Shown one piece after another: positions 31,585-40,407 of a DNA stretch of 56,050 bases (position 1 is the stretch's first letter; every line of letters begins with the position of its first letter). The DNA lies in assembly GCA_018065665.1 (NCBI GenBank), contig JAGHSV010000034.1, positions 1 to 56,050 of the forward strand, given 5' to 3'. The stretch comes from Candidatus Sodaliphilus aphodohippi (GTDB lineage: Bacteria; Bacteroidota; Bacteroidia; Bacteroidales; Muribaculaceae). Below the pieces are notes generated by a model, which searched no databases, had not been told where the DNA came from, and was given only the letters and a program-made list of their open reading frames with translations. The translations under genes and the position numbers were made by a program.

Positions 31585-33483
31585 ATGAAGTTATTAAAAT
31601 CAATTATAATGTGCGGCCTTGGTGTAGCAGCGTTGACACTCACTTCGTGCAACGACTGGCTGGACGTTAACCAAGACCCCGACGCTCCGTCGGCTGAGAG
31701 CACTCCATACCAACTTCGTTTGGCTCACATCCAGTTCTACACCAACCACGGACATCAGATTGGTGACTGGCGTACTTCAATGCAGTGCGGTGACTGGACT
31801 CGCAATTATAACGGCGGTACTTACTGGTATGTATCTTATGGCTGCCCCACTACAAGTGTTAACACAACTTGCTATCAGTGGTGGTTCGTAGGTGCATATT
31901 GCAATGTACCCGATATGTACGAAAAGGCTATGGCAGACGAGAACCCGCACTATGCAGGTGTTGCCAAGATTATCGAGGCCTACGGTACAATGTTAATGGC
32001 TGACCTCTATGGTGAGATGCCCTTCAGCGACATCCCAACAGGTAGCGCAACTCCAACCTATGACACTGGTAAGGAACTCTTCCAGGCATCTCTCAAGAGC
32101 CTTGACGACGGTCTTGCACTCCTCGAGTCTCACCCCGGTGCACTTGATCCCGCAAAGCCCGCTCTGTCTGTAGGTGACTGGTGGAACAACGGTGACGTTA
32201 GCAAATGGATTAAACTCGGTTATATGCTCAAAGCACGCTGGCTGAACCACCTCATCAAGAAGGGTAACGGCAAGTGCGTTAAGGACGAGAACGGTGTTTA
32301 CACTACTCTCAAGTATGATCCCGAGTTGATTCTCGCTTGCCTTGACAAGGCTATGCAGAGCAACGCCGACAACACTGTCATCTACCACACCGATGACAAT
32401 GGCGCAACTCACGATGACCTTGGTTGGGACGAGCCCGTTGACTACTCTCCCCTCTACTCGGTTTGCGGTATGAACTCTGGTTACATGGTAACCAAGATGC
32501 TCTACAACAACCTGACCAACTTTGGTGGCTATGGTGTTGAAGACCCCCGCGCCGACCGCATCATCCCCTGGGCTTACAGCGCAAACACAACTGCTGCTAA
32601 CGCCAACAACCCCGCACTCAAGTGGAACGGCCACTGGCGTCGTTCACTCGGTGTTGACATGAACTCTGGTATCAATGCTGCTGGTGGTCCCATCCGCGCT
32701 GGTTACAGCGACGCAAAGGGTGGCTGGTGGATTGACAGCTCGAACCCCGATCGTCTGGGTGATACTGTTTATGTTGAGTGCACAACCGAGTCTAAGGGTT
32801 ATGATGGCAACATCGACCTTCTCTATCGCCGTGCTGCTGGCAATGACAACTCTAAGGAGTCTGGTTCATTCTACAGCCGCGTATCTGCTCCCACTTACGT
32901 TGGTACATACTCTGAGTGCTGCTTCATCCGTGCCGAGATCCTGTTCAACCAGGGCAACAAGGCTGGCGCATTTGACTGGTACAAGAAGGGTATCAAGGCC
33001 AGCATGGATCAGATGAATGTCAAGCTGAACGCATGGGTTAGCGAGGATCCCGGTCTGAAGAACTGCCCGTCATTCGTTCCTATGGCTGACGCCGACATCC
33101 AGAACTTCCTGAACAACGGTATCGGTACTGCAAGTGATATCACTCTGGGTAAGATCCTTCTCCAGAAGCGTATCTCTCTCATGTACTCAGTTGAGATCTG
33201 GAACGACATGCGTCGTTATGACTACAAGTATGACCTCTTCGGATGGGAAATGCCTGACTACTACAACCACGACAGTGACTGTCCCAAGCGTCTGCCCAAC
33301 AAGGATTGGCGTCGTTGGACCCAGTGCTCACACGAGCAGAACTACAATGCCAAGAACCTCCAGGCTATTGGCGAGAAGGTTCCCGGTGCTCGTCTCGTAG
33401 GCGCTGACGGAAAGCCCTGTGAATGGTACAAGCAGGATGACGTTTATGAAGTACCCATCTGGTGGGATAGCGATCAAGAATAA
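31585..33483 (+). CDS. SusD/RagB surface lipoprotein
   Basis: Lipobox LTSC followed by NDWLDVN.DP; DLYGEMPF; EIWNDMRR; directly downstream of susC. Confidence 0.93.
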   Translation: MKLLKSIIMCGLGVAALTLTSCNDWLDVNQDPDAPSAESTPYQLRLAHIQFYTNHGHQIGDWRTSMQCGDWTRNYNGGTYWYVSYGCPTTSVNTTCYQWWFVGAYCNVPDMYEKAMADENPHYAGVAKIIEAYGTMLMADLYGEMPFSDIPTGSATPTYDTGKELFQASLKSLDDGLALLESHPGALDPAKPALSVGDWWNNGDVSKWIKLGYMLKARWLNHLIKKGNGKCVKDENGVYTTLKYDPELILACLDKAMQSNADNTVIYHTDDNGATHDDLGWDEPVDYSPLYSVCGMNSGYMVTKMLYNNLTNFGGYGVEDPRADRIIPWAYSANTTAANANNPALKWNGHWRRSLGVDMNSGINAAGGPIRAGYSDAKGGWWIDSSNPDRLGDTVYVECTTESKGYDGNIDLLYRRAAGNDNSKESGSFYSRVSAPTYVGTYSECCFIRAEILFNQGNKAGAFDWYKKGIKASMDQMNVKLNAWVSEDPGLKNCPSFVPMADADIQNFLNNGIGTASDITLGKILLQKRISLMYSVEIWNDMRRYDYKYDLFGWEMPDYYNHDSDCPKRLPNKDWRRWTQCSHEQNYNAKNLQAIGEKVPGARLVGADGKPCEWYKQDDVYEVPIWWDSDQE

Positions 33484-33508
33484 TACTCTTGAGAGTTAAA
33501 CAATAATT

Positions 33509-33545
33509 AGAGGGTGCCCCGTTTTGAGGGCACCCTCTTTTGTTT
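33509..33545 (+). terminator. Terminator after susD
   Basis: AGAGGGTGCCC...GGGCACCCTCT followed by a T tract. Confidence 0.85.
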
Positions 33546-33836
33546 CCATCATCAGCCCATCTGCAGCCCCTTCAGTAGGGAACTGAGTGGCCTCATGTTT
33601 CTCGTGTTATTCTAGTCTGAAAATGGAAACAGGTGATATGTGAAAGATGGGCTATGCGAAGTACTCATGAATTTTGTGATTTTTTTCAAATTCTTTGTAA
33701 TTTTTCGGTTACTTGTTGCGTCTAATGTATGAATAAAGTGCTAACTTTGTAAATTAAATCGCAAGTAGTGGCATTTGCTGCATACCAAATAACGAAAACA
33801 AAACAAACATATAATTAATAAAAGATTCGTAAGATT

Positions 33837-36668
33837 ATGAAGATTAAACACTTATTTGCAGCCGTCCTGCTCGCCATTGCGGGTAGCGGCATGGCACAGG
33901 AGATGCAGATGCCCCAGCTGCCCCCCATCCCCGTTGATGGTGAGGTTCGCATCGGCAAACTCCCCAACGGACTGACTTACTATGTCCGCAAAAACAATTA
34001 TCCCGAGAAACGCGTCAACTTTTACATCGCACAGCGCGTGGGCTCGATACAGGAGGAGGAGTCGCAGCGAGGACTCGCACACTTCCTGGAGCACATGGCA
34101 TTCAACGGCGGCAAGCACTTCCCCGGCAACGGCGTGATTGACTACACCCGCACCCTGGGCGTCGAGTTTGGCGGCGACCTGAACGCATACACCAGCACCG
34201 ACGAGACCGTATATAACATCAACGATGTCCCCTCGACACGACAGAGCGCCCTCGACTCGTGTCTGCTGATTCTGGCAGACTGGAGCAACGGCCTGCTGCT
34301 CGAGGACAAGGAGATTGACAAGGAACGTGGCGTTATCCACGAGGAGTGGCGCCTGCGCAGCAGCGCGATGCAGCGCATGCTGGAGCGTAACCTCGAGACC
34401 CTCTATCCCGGCTCGAAGTACGGCCGCCGTATGCCCATCGGCACCATGGAGGTTGTTGACGGTTTCAAGTACAAGGAGCTCCGCGACTACTACCACAAGT
34501 GGTATCGCACCGACAACCAGGCCATCATCGTGGTTGGCGACATTGACGTTGACTACACCGAGGGCAAGATTAAGGAAATCTTCGGCGCCATCCCCGGCCC
34601 CGCTGCCGATGCAGCCCAGGTGGTGACCGTCGAGGTCCCCGACAACGACCAGCCCATCATCGTGGTTGACAAGGACAAGGAACAGCAGTACAGCATCATC
34701 CAGATGATGTACAAGCACGACGCCCCCACTCCCGAGGAGAAGAAGACCATCGCATACCTGATTGAACGTTATGCCGTCAACATGATTTGCAACATGCTCA
34801 ACCAGCGTCTGCAGGAGAAGTCGCTCGAGGCCGACTGCCCCTTCACAGCAGCAGGTACCGAGGACGGCAATTACCTCCTCTCCAAGTCTAAACAGGCTTT
34901 TGCACTCTATGCACTGCCTAAACCCGGAAAGAACGCCGAGGCACTGAATGCCATCGCGCTTGAGGCACAGAGGGCCTACCAGCACGGTTTCACCGCCGGC
35001 GAGTACAACCGCGCCCGCGACGAGTACATGAGCCAGCTTGAGAAGACCTACAACAACCGCGACAAGGTCAGCAACGAGCACTACGGACGCAGCTATGCAG
35101 CCAACTTCCTCAACAACGCGCCCATCCCCTCGATTGAGCAGGAATACCAGATTATGAGCCAGATCGTGCCTATGCTGCCCATTGAGGCTATCAACATGGG
35201 CGTTAAGGAGCTGATTCCCCAGGGCGACAAGAACCTCGTCGTGCTCAACGCCAACCAGGAGAGTGCCGAGGTTGCCATCCCCACCACCGATGACATGGCA
35301 CAGGCTGTCAGCAGCGCTCGCAGCGCCAACGTCGAGGCTTATGTCGACAACGCCAAGGACGAGCCCCTCGTTGCCAACCTGCCCGCTCCCGGCAAAATCG
35401 TCAAGGAAACCCCGGGCAAGAAGTTCGGTTACACCGAGCTCACTCTGAGCAACGGAGCCAAGGTCATCCTGAAGAAGACCGACTACAAGGCCGACGAGGT
35501 TCGCATGCGCGCCGAGTCGCTTGGCGGACAGTCGCTCTACAACGACAAGAAGGACTACGCCAACCTGGGTCTGTTTGACGCACTGGTAGCCATGAGCGGT
35601 CGCGGCGAGTTTGACTTCACCGAACTGCAGAAGGCCATGTCGGGTAAGCAGGCAAGCGCAAACCTGAGCATGTCCAACACTATGGAAACCGTAAGCGGCA
35701 ACAGTACCATCAAGGATCTGGAAACCATGTTCCAGCTCACTTACCTCACCTTCACCGACATCCGCAAGGACGAGAAGGCATTCGGCACCCTGGTTAGCCA
35801 GCTCGAGACAATTCTCAAGAACCATGACTCACAGCCCGAGGCAGTCTTCCAAGATTCGGTTAACTACACCCTCGAGAACCACAGCTGGCGCGAGCGCCCC
35901 TTCAAGGTTGAGGACCTCAAGTCTATCGACTATGACCGCGTGCTCAAGATTGCCAAGGAGCGTACAGCAAACGCTGCCGATTTCACCTTCTACTTTGTCG
36001 GCAACTTTGACAACGACAGCATCCGCAAGTACATCTGCCAGTATATCGCAACCCTGCCCGCCAAGGGTAAGAAGGAAACCTACAAGAACTGCGTAGAACG
36101 CCCCAAAGGACAGGTAATCAACGAGTTCGCCCGTAAGATGGAAACTCCCAAGGCCAACGTGCGCATGGCATGGTATACCTATGACAACCAGCCCTACAAC
36201 CTCGAGAAAGCCATCCAGGCCGACATCGCCGGACAGGTGCTCTCAAAGATTTATCTGCAGAAGATCCGCGAGGATGCCGGTGCTGCCTACTCGGCAGGGG
36301 CCGGTGGCGGTCTCACCACCTATGGCGACATGAAGTACAACTTCATCAGCGCTTCTTGCCCCTTCAAACCCGAAATGAAGGACATGGCACTCGGTATCAT
36401 GCGTGACGAAATCAAGAACGCCACACAGACTATCGACGAGGGCACACTCAAGGAAATCAAGGAGCTTCTCCTCAAGCAGCAAGGTACCTATGAGAAAGAG
36501 AACGGCTATTGGATGAACGTGCTGTCGCACTATGTTGGACGCGGCATCGACATCCAGACCGACTACGCCAATATTGTCAACGCACAAACAACCGCGACAA
36601 TCAGCGCCTTCGTCAAGAACATCCTTGCCAAGGGCAGCCACGTAGAGGTAATCATGCTCCCCGAGTAA
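33837..36668 (+). CDS. M16 family zinc metallopeptidase (PqqL-like)
   Basis: GLAHFLEHMAFNG (HxxEH), LNAYTS, ERGVIHEEWR, IRE..G.AYS. Confidence 0.94.
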   Translation: MKIKHLFAAVLLAIAGSGMAQEMQMPQLPPIPVDGEVRIGKLPNGLTYYVRKNNYPEKRVNFYIAQRVGSIQEEESQRGLAHFLEHMAFNGGKHFPGNGVIDYTRTLGVEFGGDLNAYTSTDETVYNINDVPSTRQSALDSCLLILADWSNGLLLEDKEIDKERGVIHEEWRLRSSAMQRMLERNLETLYPGSKYGRRMPIGTMEVVDGFKYKELRDYYHKWYRTDNQAIIVVGDIDVDYTEGKIKEIFGAIPGPAADAAQVVTVEVPDNDQPIIVVDKDKEQQYSIIQMMYKHDAPTPEEKKTIAYLIERYAVNMICNMLNQRLQEKSLEADCPFTAAGTEDGNYLLSKSKQAFALYALPKPGKNAEALNAIALEAQRAYQHGFTAGEYNRARDEYMSQLEKTYNNRDKVSNEHYGRSYAANFLNNAPIPSIEQEYQIMSQIVPMLPIEAINMGVKELIPQGDKNLVVLNANQESAEVAIPTTDDMAQAVSSARSANVEAYVDNAKDEPLVANLPAPGKIVKETPGKKFGYTELTLSNGAKVILKKTDYKADEVRMRAESLGGQSLYNDKKDYANLGLFDALVAMSGRGEFDFTELQKAMSGKQASANLSMSNTMETVSGNSTIKDLETMFQLTYLTFTDIRKDEKAFGTLVSQLETILKNHDSQPEAVFQDSVNYTLENHSWRERPFKVEDLKSIDYDRVLKIAKERTANAADFTFYFVGNFDNDSIRKYICQYIATLPAKGKKETYKNCVERPKGQVINEFARKMETPKANVRMAWYTYDNQPYNLEKAIQADIAGQVLSKIYLQKIREDAGAAYSAGAGGGLTTYGDMKYNFISASCPFKPEMKDMALGIMRDEIKNATQTIDEGTLKEIKELLLKQQGTYEKENGYWMNVLSHYVGRGIDIQTDYANIVNAQTTATISAFVKNILAKGSHVEVIMLPE

Positions 36669-36707
36669 AGAATAACCCCATCTACTCCCCCAACAGGGAG
36701 AAACAGA

Positions 36708-36752
36708 AACAAAGCACTCCCGACCGCTTGGTCAGGAGTGCTTTGTTATTTT
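36708..36752 (+). terminator. Terminator after the M16 gene
   Basis: AACAAAGCACTCC...GGAGTGCTTTGTT stem. Confidence 0.75.
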
Positions 36753-37419
36753 GCCCCACGACACTATCCCGTACCCTAAAGGCACGGTAGCCATTGTATG
36801 CCCTAATCACAGCTGACGTGGCGGTGTCACGATTTGATTAAGTGTGCGTTCCCCTTGGGAACGAGAGAGGGGCAGTGCATCTGCCCCGTACGCAACTAAC
36901 GCCTTGGCGGCTCATTGCAGATAACCCGTTCCTTCGCTGACGCTCAGGAACGGGATACAGGTCTATACCCATATCGCGGCTGGATGCCGCTACCGTTCGC
37001 TTCGCCCTCAGGGCAGTTTCGCGTCAATCGGCTCACCTCACAGTTCTGCTCCATAGATGAGAATATAGCGCGGGCTGCCGTTGGTAGAAAGACGGCAGCC
37101 CGCGATAGTTTTTTTAGTTGACAGCAAAAGAGGTTGTCATGCCAGTGGCGTTGCATGTGCGCGCAAACATCCTGATGAAGTTGAGGGTCGATTGCCGCGG
37201 GCCGTTTGTTGCATGCCCTTCTTTTGTGCCAAGTTTCGGTTGAGTAAAGGTTTTTTGCATAGGCAATAAGTTTAAAAGGTTGTTACACTTATATAACGCA
37301 GATGGTGCACAAATATTTTGTGCCATAAGCAAAAAAAAAATGACCTGCAATGATATTCCTTTTGTCACCGCAACCGTCAGATGCAATCTTCGTCTTGGAT
37401 TCCCCTCGATGAGGGGTAG

Positions 37420-37464
37420 CAATAAAACATACAGGCGCCCCGGGTTGCCGGGAGCGCCTGCGTT
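37420..37464 (-). repeat. Terminator-like repeat, copy A (shared with ino1 downstream region)
   Basis: CAATAAAACATACAGGCGCCCCGGGTTGCCGGGAGCGCCTGCGTT, near-identical to 38466-38511 and 40333-40376. Confidence 0.9.
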
Positions 37465-37500
37465 GGCTTTGCCGTCAAATGTATTCTCCTCTTGGCGGTA

Positions 37501-38211
37501 TTATTTCTTGATGGTATTGGCAATGAGAGTGTTGCCGTTTTCAAGTTCTATCTCGATTTCCAGATAATTGCCTGTGTTCACTATGTCTTTCTTGATGTCG
37601 GGGAAGATGAAGTGGGCCCGAGTAAACACCATGGGCTTGTAGGCAAGGTACTGGCTTATGGTTAAATCCAACGGCATGGTTCCAACAACGTTCCCCTGTG
37701 AATTGATGATGACAGAATGGAATTTTTCGTCTCCCAGATAGGAATTGTCCTTATAGTGGAAACGTGCTTTGTCGGTAAGGTCCATGACGAAATTCTTGTC
37801 CTTATCATACATTTTAATCGTAATAGACTTGCACACTTTTGTTGTATAATCAAAATGTATAGGTACGTTGCCGTTATACTCCCCATTGGGGTCCAGGAAT
37901 GTGCTCAACTGTTGCTCAATGCCCTTGTTAGCAGCGAGGTAGTAGGGCTGATACAGGTCAATCCAGAGGTCCTTGTGTAGTTTGCTTACTACGAGTACAA
38001 TCATATCCAGGCAATCGGCATTAATTTCGCCTTCAGCGTAGGTGTTTGCTGCAGTGCGAACACTGTCGGCGGGGCAATGTTGAAATAGGAGATAACAACC
38101 CTTGTCACCAATAACAAATTCATTGTCATCATTGTCACATGAAGTGAAAGAAAGGGAGGCAATCGCGCATAGCGACAGACATCCAAGATACTTAATGAAA
38201 GATTTTAGCAT
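37501..38211 (-). CDS. Hypothetical lipoprotein
   Basis: Lipobox FTSC followed by acidic DNDDNE, typical of Bacteroidetes surface lipoproteins; own TACCTTTG element at 38308-38315; AT-rich. Confidence 0.75.
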   Translation of the reverse strand: MLKSFIKYLGCLSLCAIASLSFTSCDNDDNEFVIGDKGCYLLFQHCPADSVRTAANTYAEGEINADCLDMIVLVVSKLHKDLWIDLYQPYYLAANKGIEQQLSTFLDPNGEYNGNVPIHFDYTTKVCKSITIKMYDKDKNFVMDLTDKARFHYKDNSYLGDEKFHSVIINSQGNVVGTMPLDLTISQYLAYKPMVFTRAHFIFPDIKKDIVNTGNYLEIEIELENGNTLIANTIKK

Positions 38212-38466
38212 AGTTGTAAATTTTTATTCAAAAAGGATGGCACATTTTGATACATTGATAAGTTACTTGTTTGTGCAGCATACTGCCATCTTGCAGTTGC
38301 ACAATCGCAAAGGTATTACACTTTTTTGAACAAAACAAATATTCCCCCCAAAAAAACGACATAAATTTTGAGGGGGGGGTAAAAAGTTATATTTCAAGTA
38401 GTTACAAAAGTGCAAAAAAATCTTAAAAACTGGATTGGGGTTCCAAATTTGATTTTTTGTGTGTAC

Positions 38467-38601
38467 AATAAAACATACAGGCGCCCCCGGGTTGCCGGGA
38501 GCGCCTGCGTTATGTAAGCTATTCGGAAAGTGTCGCTAGGGATTAGTCGATTTCCTCGTCGGCCTCGTAACCGCCCATCTCACGGATGGCGTTCTTCAGC
38601 A
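38467..38601 (-). repeat. Direct-repeat copy B: duplicated ino1 3' end (LKNAIREMGGYEADEEID*) plus terminator
   Basis: About 135 bp matching 40333-40466 with four differences. Confidence 0.95.
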
Positions 38602-38618
38602 CAACACACCAAAAAGCA

Positions 38619-38693
38619 TTGAAATGCGAGCGGAATCTATGATTTTTTTGCACATTCCGCTCGAAACTGAGCATTTTTTGTGAGAAATTGAAG
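38619..38693. repeat. 75-bp direct repeat R1 with internal palindrome
   Basis: Matches 40236-40311; contains CGAGCGGAAT-N17-ATTCCGCTCG. Confidence 0.92.
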
Positions 38694-38779
38694 AGCAATT
38701 GATGTAAATAACCTATCAATTGTATTAAATCTAAGCACTGTAAATCAAATGGTTAAGGGTGATATTAGTTCAAACTCGT

Positions 38780-40195
38780 CTATAATTCCTTGAATAGGTC
38801 ATCTAAGACCACTATATTTTGAATGTCATCGGAGAAACCATTCCGTTTTACCCCGTTTGCGCTAACCAGCACGTTATGAATGGCCTTGGTTGTGCCTGTT
38901 TCGTTGCGGAATACAGATTCCTTTTGCATGATGCTGTTATAGTCGCTCTCTGTCATTTCCCAAGGTTCCTTGGTATATTTCATTTCACACAGGTCTATAA
39001 CATCATCGTCACGGTCGATAAGCAAATCAATCTGTGCACCAGGTTTACTGGCGATGTGTCTCCATGAAAATATTCGGGATATTACGCCTGAAATGCCCAA
39101 AGCATGCTTTATTTGTTCGGTATGCAGAAGGCACACACGCTCAAAACTAAGACCACACCAGGTATTATAGGTATTGGACCCCAGACAGTGTGTCCAGTAT
39201 TGCGGGTCATTGTGTTTGTTCTCTTTCACAAATTCATAATAGAAAATTGTGTATGGGTCGATGAGTTGATATAGGGCATTCTTCTTTTCTTTGCCAATCA
39301 TCTTGTAACTGCGAATGAAACCGCAACTTTCCAGATTTTCCAATATTTGACCAAAACTGCCATTATCAATAAATTTCCCATTTGCAATTAATTCATTGCG
39401 CGTCAGCCCTTGACGTTTTTTTGCCAACAGACCGATGACTTTTATGTAGCATTCTGGATTCTTGAAAAGCGAAGCATAAAGTGCATCGAATTCCTCGAAT
39501 AATTCTCCTTGGGGAGTAAAAAAGTTAAGGTCAATGTTCTGAGCAAGACTCAGACCCTTTTGAATTGACTTCCAATAGAAAGGTACACCCCCCATAATCA
39601 TATATCCTTCCACAATTTGTTTTCTGGTCATGTTCACCTTGCGGCTTTTCATGTATTGCTCACATTCATTGAGCGTGAACTGCTGCAGAGGAATCTTATA
39701 ACCAATACGGTTGTGTAAACCGCCTCTGTTTTTGACTATTTTGTTGATAATCCACGATGTTGCACTGCCACAAATTATCAAAAGAATGTCTTTTCTCGCA
39801 CTTGCCCATGAGTTCCAAAAATGATCCAAAGCAGGAATAAGGCCGGAAGCATGGGTGTCCATCCAGGGCAGTTCGTCAATAAAAATGACTTTCTTTTTGT
39901 CATTTGATTGATTTATCAAGTCTTTTAGCAGTTCAAACGCGTCAAGCCAGTTTGTTGGCGTCCGTTTCACTTTCAAACCATAAGTTGCAAGCGAATTTCT
40001 CCATGCTTTCAGTTGAATCTTACGAGGAGACTTGGCGAGTCCACTATGTTGAAAAGTGAAATTGTAGTTAAATGTTTCACGAATTAGGAATGTCTTGCCA
40101 ACGCGACGCCTTCCATATACTGCCACGAACTCTGAGTATTCCGATTCAAATGCGTTTAATAAACGATTCTTTTCGTATTGTCTGCCAATCAACAT
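38780..40195 (-). CDS. AAA ATPase (archaeal-ATPase type) with C-terminal PD-(D/E)XK-like domain
   Basis: MLIGR..E, YGRRRVGKT, IFIDELPW, CGSATSW, GGVPFY, QIDLLIDR...CEMKY; AT-rich. Confidence 0.88.
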   Translation of the reverse strand: MLIGRQYEKNRLLNAFESEYSEFVAVYGRRRVGKTFLIRETFNYNFTFQHSGLAKSPRKIQLKAWRNSLATYGLKVKRTPTNWLDAFELLKDLINQSNDKKKVIFIDELPWMDTHASGLIPALDHFWNSWASARKDILLIICGSATSWIINKIVKNRGGLHNRIGYKIPLQQFTLNECEQYMKSRKVNMTRKQIVEGYMIMGGVPFYWKSIQKGLSLAQNIDLNFFTPQGELFEEFDALYASLFKNPECYIKVIGLLAKKRQGLTRNELIANGKFIDNGSFGQILENLESCGFIRSYKMIGKEKKNALYQLIDPYTIFYYEFVKENKHNDPQYWTHCLGSNTYNTWCGLSFERVCLLHTEQIKHALGISGVISRIFSWRHIASKPGAQIDLLIDRDDDVIDLCEMKYTKEPWEMTESDYNSIMQKESVFRNETGTTKAIHNVLVSANGVKRNGFSDDIQNIVVLDDLFKEL

Positions 40196-40235
40196 AATAA
40201 TAGATTTTATCTCTGTGCAAAATTATAAAAAATAG

Positions 40236-40311
40236 TTGAAATGCGAGCGGAATCTATGATTTTTTTGCACATTCCGCTCGAAACTGAGCATTTTTTTGTA
40301 AGAAATTGAAG
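40236..40311. repeat. Direct repeat R2 with internal palindrome, upstream of the ATPase promoter
   Basis: Second copy of 38619-38693; lies next to the TAATTTTG -7 element at 40218-40225 (minus strand). Confidence 0.92.
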
Positions 40312-40407
40312 GTATGGAGATGATATCTGGGTAATAAAACGTACAGGCGCCCCCGGGTTGCGGGAGCGCCTACGTTATGTAAGCTATTCGGAAAGTGTCG
40401 CTAGGGA

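Noticed and set aside
33852-35825. 657-aa minus-strand ORF, and similar long antisense ORFs such as 12340-13446, 26606-27514 and 52480-53733
   Set aside because: Shadow frames of well-supported genes caused by codon bias; no recognisable motifs
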